Part shown: in pieces, positions 62,201 to 64,000 of the stretch | How positions within the stretch are numbered: position 1 is the stretch's first letter | Layout: each line of letters begins with the position of its first letter | Assembly: GCA_963725865.1 (NCBI GenBank) | Contig: CAVSAC010000014.1 | Location: forward strand, 832,001-896,000 | Source of the DNA: Candidatus Eiseniibacteriota bacterium | GTDB lineage: Bacteria > Eisenbacteria > RBG-16-71-46 | Length of the DNA stretch: 64,000 nt | Direction of reading: 5' to 3' | The notes under the pieces: model-generated | The model's database searches: none | What the model was told of the DNA's origin: nothing | What the model saw: the letters and a program-made list of their open reading frames with translations, nothing else | Program-made: the position numbers and the translations under genes

Positions 62201-62965
62201 TTGAGATCCGATCGTCGTCAGTTCCTGCAGGTCCTCGGCACGGCCGGGGCGGCCGCCGCGCTCGCGCCGCTCGCGAGCGCGCTCGCGCCCGCGGCCGCGA
62301 CGGCGCAGACCGCGGCCCCGGCGCCCGCCACGGCGGCGCCCGCCGGCCCGTTCGCGCTCCCGCCGCTGCCGTACCCACCCGACGCGCTCGAACCGCACAT
62401 CGACGCCGCGACCATGACGCTCCACCACGACAAGCACCACGCGGCCTACGTGAACAACCTCAACAAGGCGCTGGCCGGCAAGCCCGAGTACGAGGGGCGG
62501 ACCATCGAGTCGCTGCTGGCGAACGGGATGCACGGCGTGCCCGGCGAGCTGGCCCCGGTGGTCCGTAACATGGGCGGCGGGCACTACAACCACTCGCTGC
62601 TGTGGACGAGTCTCAAGAAGAACCCCAAGGCCGCCCCCAGCGGCGAGCTGGCGAGCGCGATCGACGCCCAGTGGGGCTCGTTCTCGGCGTTCCAGGACAA
62701 GCTCGCCGCCTCCGCGATGGCGGTGTTCGGCAGCGGCTGGGCGTGGCTGGTACACAACCCCAAGACCGGCCTGCTCCTCGTCAACATGCCGAACCAGGAC
62801 ACGCCGCTGATGACGGGATTCACACCGCTGCTCGGCATCGACGTCTGGGAGCACGCCTACTACCTCAAGTACCAGAACCGCCGCGCGGACTACGTGGCCG
62901 CGTTCGCGAAGGTGGTGGACTGGGACGAGATCTCGCGCCGCTACGCCGCGGCGAAGCAGGGCTGA
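62201..62965 (+). CDS. sodA: Mn-type superoxide dismutase with a Tat signal peptide
   Basis: TTG start after GGAGG. DRRQFL Tat motif, ALEPHID, HHDKHH, GGGHYNH, FGSGWAWL, NQD, DVWEHAYY. Confidence 0.93.
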   Translation: MRSDRRQFLQVLGTAGAAAALAPLASALAPAAATAQTAAPAPATAAPAGPFALPPLPYPPDALEPHIDAATMTLHHDKHHAAYVNNLNKALAGKPEYEGRTIESLLANGMHGVPGELAPVVRNMGGGHYNHSLLWTSLKKNPKAAPSGELASAIDAQWGSFSAFQDKLAASAMAVFGSGWAWLVHNPKTGLLLVNMPNQDTPLMTGFTPLLGIDVWEHAYYLKYQNRRADYVAAFAKVVDWDEISRRYAAAKQG

Positions 62966-62966
62966 G

Positions 62967-63350
62967 ATGATCCCGCGCCATCGCGTCTCGTCGGGCTCGC
63001 CCTACGAGGCGCCGATCGGATTCAGCCGCGCGGTGCGGGCCGGCGACCGGGTGGTGGTCGCCGGCACCGCCCCGGTGTGGCCGGACGGCTCGTGCGATCC
63101 CGACCCCGAGGTGCAGGCGCGCCGCTGCTTCGAGATCATCCTGGCGGCGATCCGCGAGGCGGGCGCCGTCCCCTCCCAGGTGGTGCGCACGCGCATGTAC
63201 CTGACCGACGTCGCCGACTGGGAGGCGGTCGGACGCGCGCACGGCGCGGTGTTCGGCGACGCGCGGCCGGCGGCCACCATGATCGTGGTGAAGGCCCTGC
63301 TCGACCCGCGCTGGAAGGTGGAGATCGAAGCGGAGGCGGTGATCGGATGA
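62967..63350 (+). CDS. RidA/YjgF family protein
   Basis: GFSRAVR, VVRTRMYL, RPAATM, VEIEAEA. Confidence 0.92.
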   Translation: MIPRHRVSSGSPYEAPIGFSRAVRAGDRVVVAGTAPVWPDGSCDPDPEVQARRCFEIILAAIREAGAVPSQVVRTRMYLTDVADWEAVGRAHGAVFGDARPAATMIVVKALLDPRWKVEIEAEAVIG

Positions 63351-63426
63351 ACGCCCGACGGGCGCGGCCGGCCCCGGGAGACGATTCGGGTATACTCCGG
63401 CGCGCATTTCTCCCCGGGAGACCCAC

Positions 63427-64000
63427 GTGCCACGCCGCTTCTACATCACCACCGCCATCGACTACGTGAACGGCCGCCCCCATCTGGGGCACGCCTACGA
63501 GAAGGTCCTCGCCGACGCGATCGCGCGCTTCCATCGCCAGCGCGGGGACCAGACGTTCTTCCTGACCGGCACCGACGAGCACGGCCAGAAGGTGGCGCGC
63601 GCCGCCGCCGCCGAGGGCAAGACGCCGAAGGCGTTCGTCGACTTCTACGCCGAGACCTTCAAGTCGGCGTGGTCGGCGCTCGGGGTCCGCTACGACCACT
63701 TCATCCGCACCACCGACAAGCGTCACGAGCTGGCGGTGCAGGAGCTGTTCCGCCGCCTCGCGCAGGCGCGCAGTCCCAAGACCGGCGAGCCGGTGCTGTT
63801 CGAGCAGGACTACGAGGGCTTCTACTGCGAGGGCTGCGAGGCGTTCAAGCAGGAGAAGGACCTGGTCAACGGTCGCTGCGAGCTGCATCCGACGCGGCCG
63901 ATCAAGAAGATCAAGGAGACCAACTTCTTCTTCCGCCTCTCCGAGTACGACGAGGCGCTGAGCAAGCACTTCCAGGCCCACCCCGAGTTCGTGCGCCCCG
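63427..64000 (+). CDS. metG: Methionyl-tRNA synthetase, N-terminal part; runs off the window
   Basis: Manual translation from GTG 63427: FYITTAIDYVNGRPHLGHAYE, TGTDEHGQK, FIRTT, YCEGCE, NFFFRLS. Confidence 0.95.
   Translation, partial: MPRRFYITTAIDYVNGRPHLGHAYEKVLADAIARFHRQRGDQTFFLTGTDEHGQKVARAAAAEGKTPKAFVDFYAETFKSAWSALGVRYDHFIRTTDKRHELAVQELFRRLAQARSPKTGEPVLFEQDYEGFYCEGCEAFKQEKDLVNGRCELHPTRPIKKIKETNFFFRLSEYDEALSKHFQAHPEFVRP

Overview
A very GC-rich (about 70% by eye), gene-dense bacterial chromosomal segment. I saw no rRNA, tRNA, CRISPR array or transposase. Several secreted proteins with a C-terminal 'PNP...D-x-x-GR-x-V...G-x-Y' sorting-type domain, a PEP-CTERM gene and outer-envelope genes point to a diderm FCB-related lineage such as Ca. 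Eisenbacteria (inference only). Layout: (1) 1-14.3 kb is a divergent anaerobic electron-transfer locus. Leftward: ferredoxin, a 2-oxoacid oxidoreductase gamma-delta fusion and an alpha subunit. Rightward: apbE-rnfCDGEAB-korAB, a 13-heme cytochrome c/cytochrome b fusion and a diheme cytochrome c. RnfA carries an unusual exported N-terminal Ig-like domain. (2) 14.3-18.8 kb is a sigma-54 module: Cys-rich PAS kinase, NtrC-type activator, pseudo-receiver, DUF2934 protein, plus -24/-12 sites and repeated CTGACAG motifs. (3) Class II ribonucleotide reductase, Ca2+/H+ antiporter and an HD-GYP protein. (4) A surface-protein region: EEP nuclease, PEP-CTERM protein, GT-C/TPR protein, LamG lipoprotein, frameshifted S8 protease, BNR lipoprotein, and a MoxR-DUF58-BatA/VWA operon with interleaved genes. 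(5) Housekeeping genes: OmpA-like, TlpA-like, mfd, two SurA/PpiC-type chaperones interrupted by a PDZ-LytS/LytTR pair, ftsEX-envC, holB, ricT, Tat-exported sodA, ridA and the 5' part of metG. The best candidate for an undescribed system is the Rnf/2-oxoacid oxidoreductase/multiheme cytochrome operon with its modified RnfA and RnfG. All calls come from motif reading only; no searches were run.
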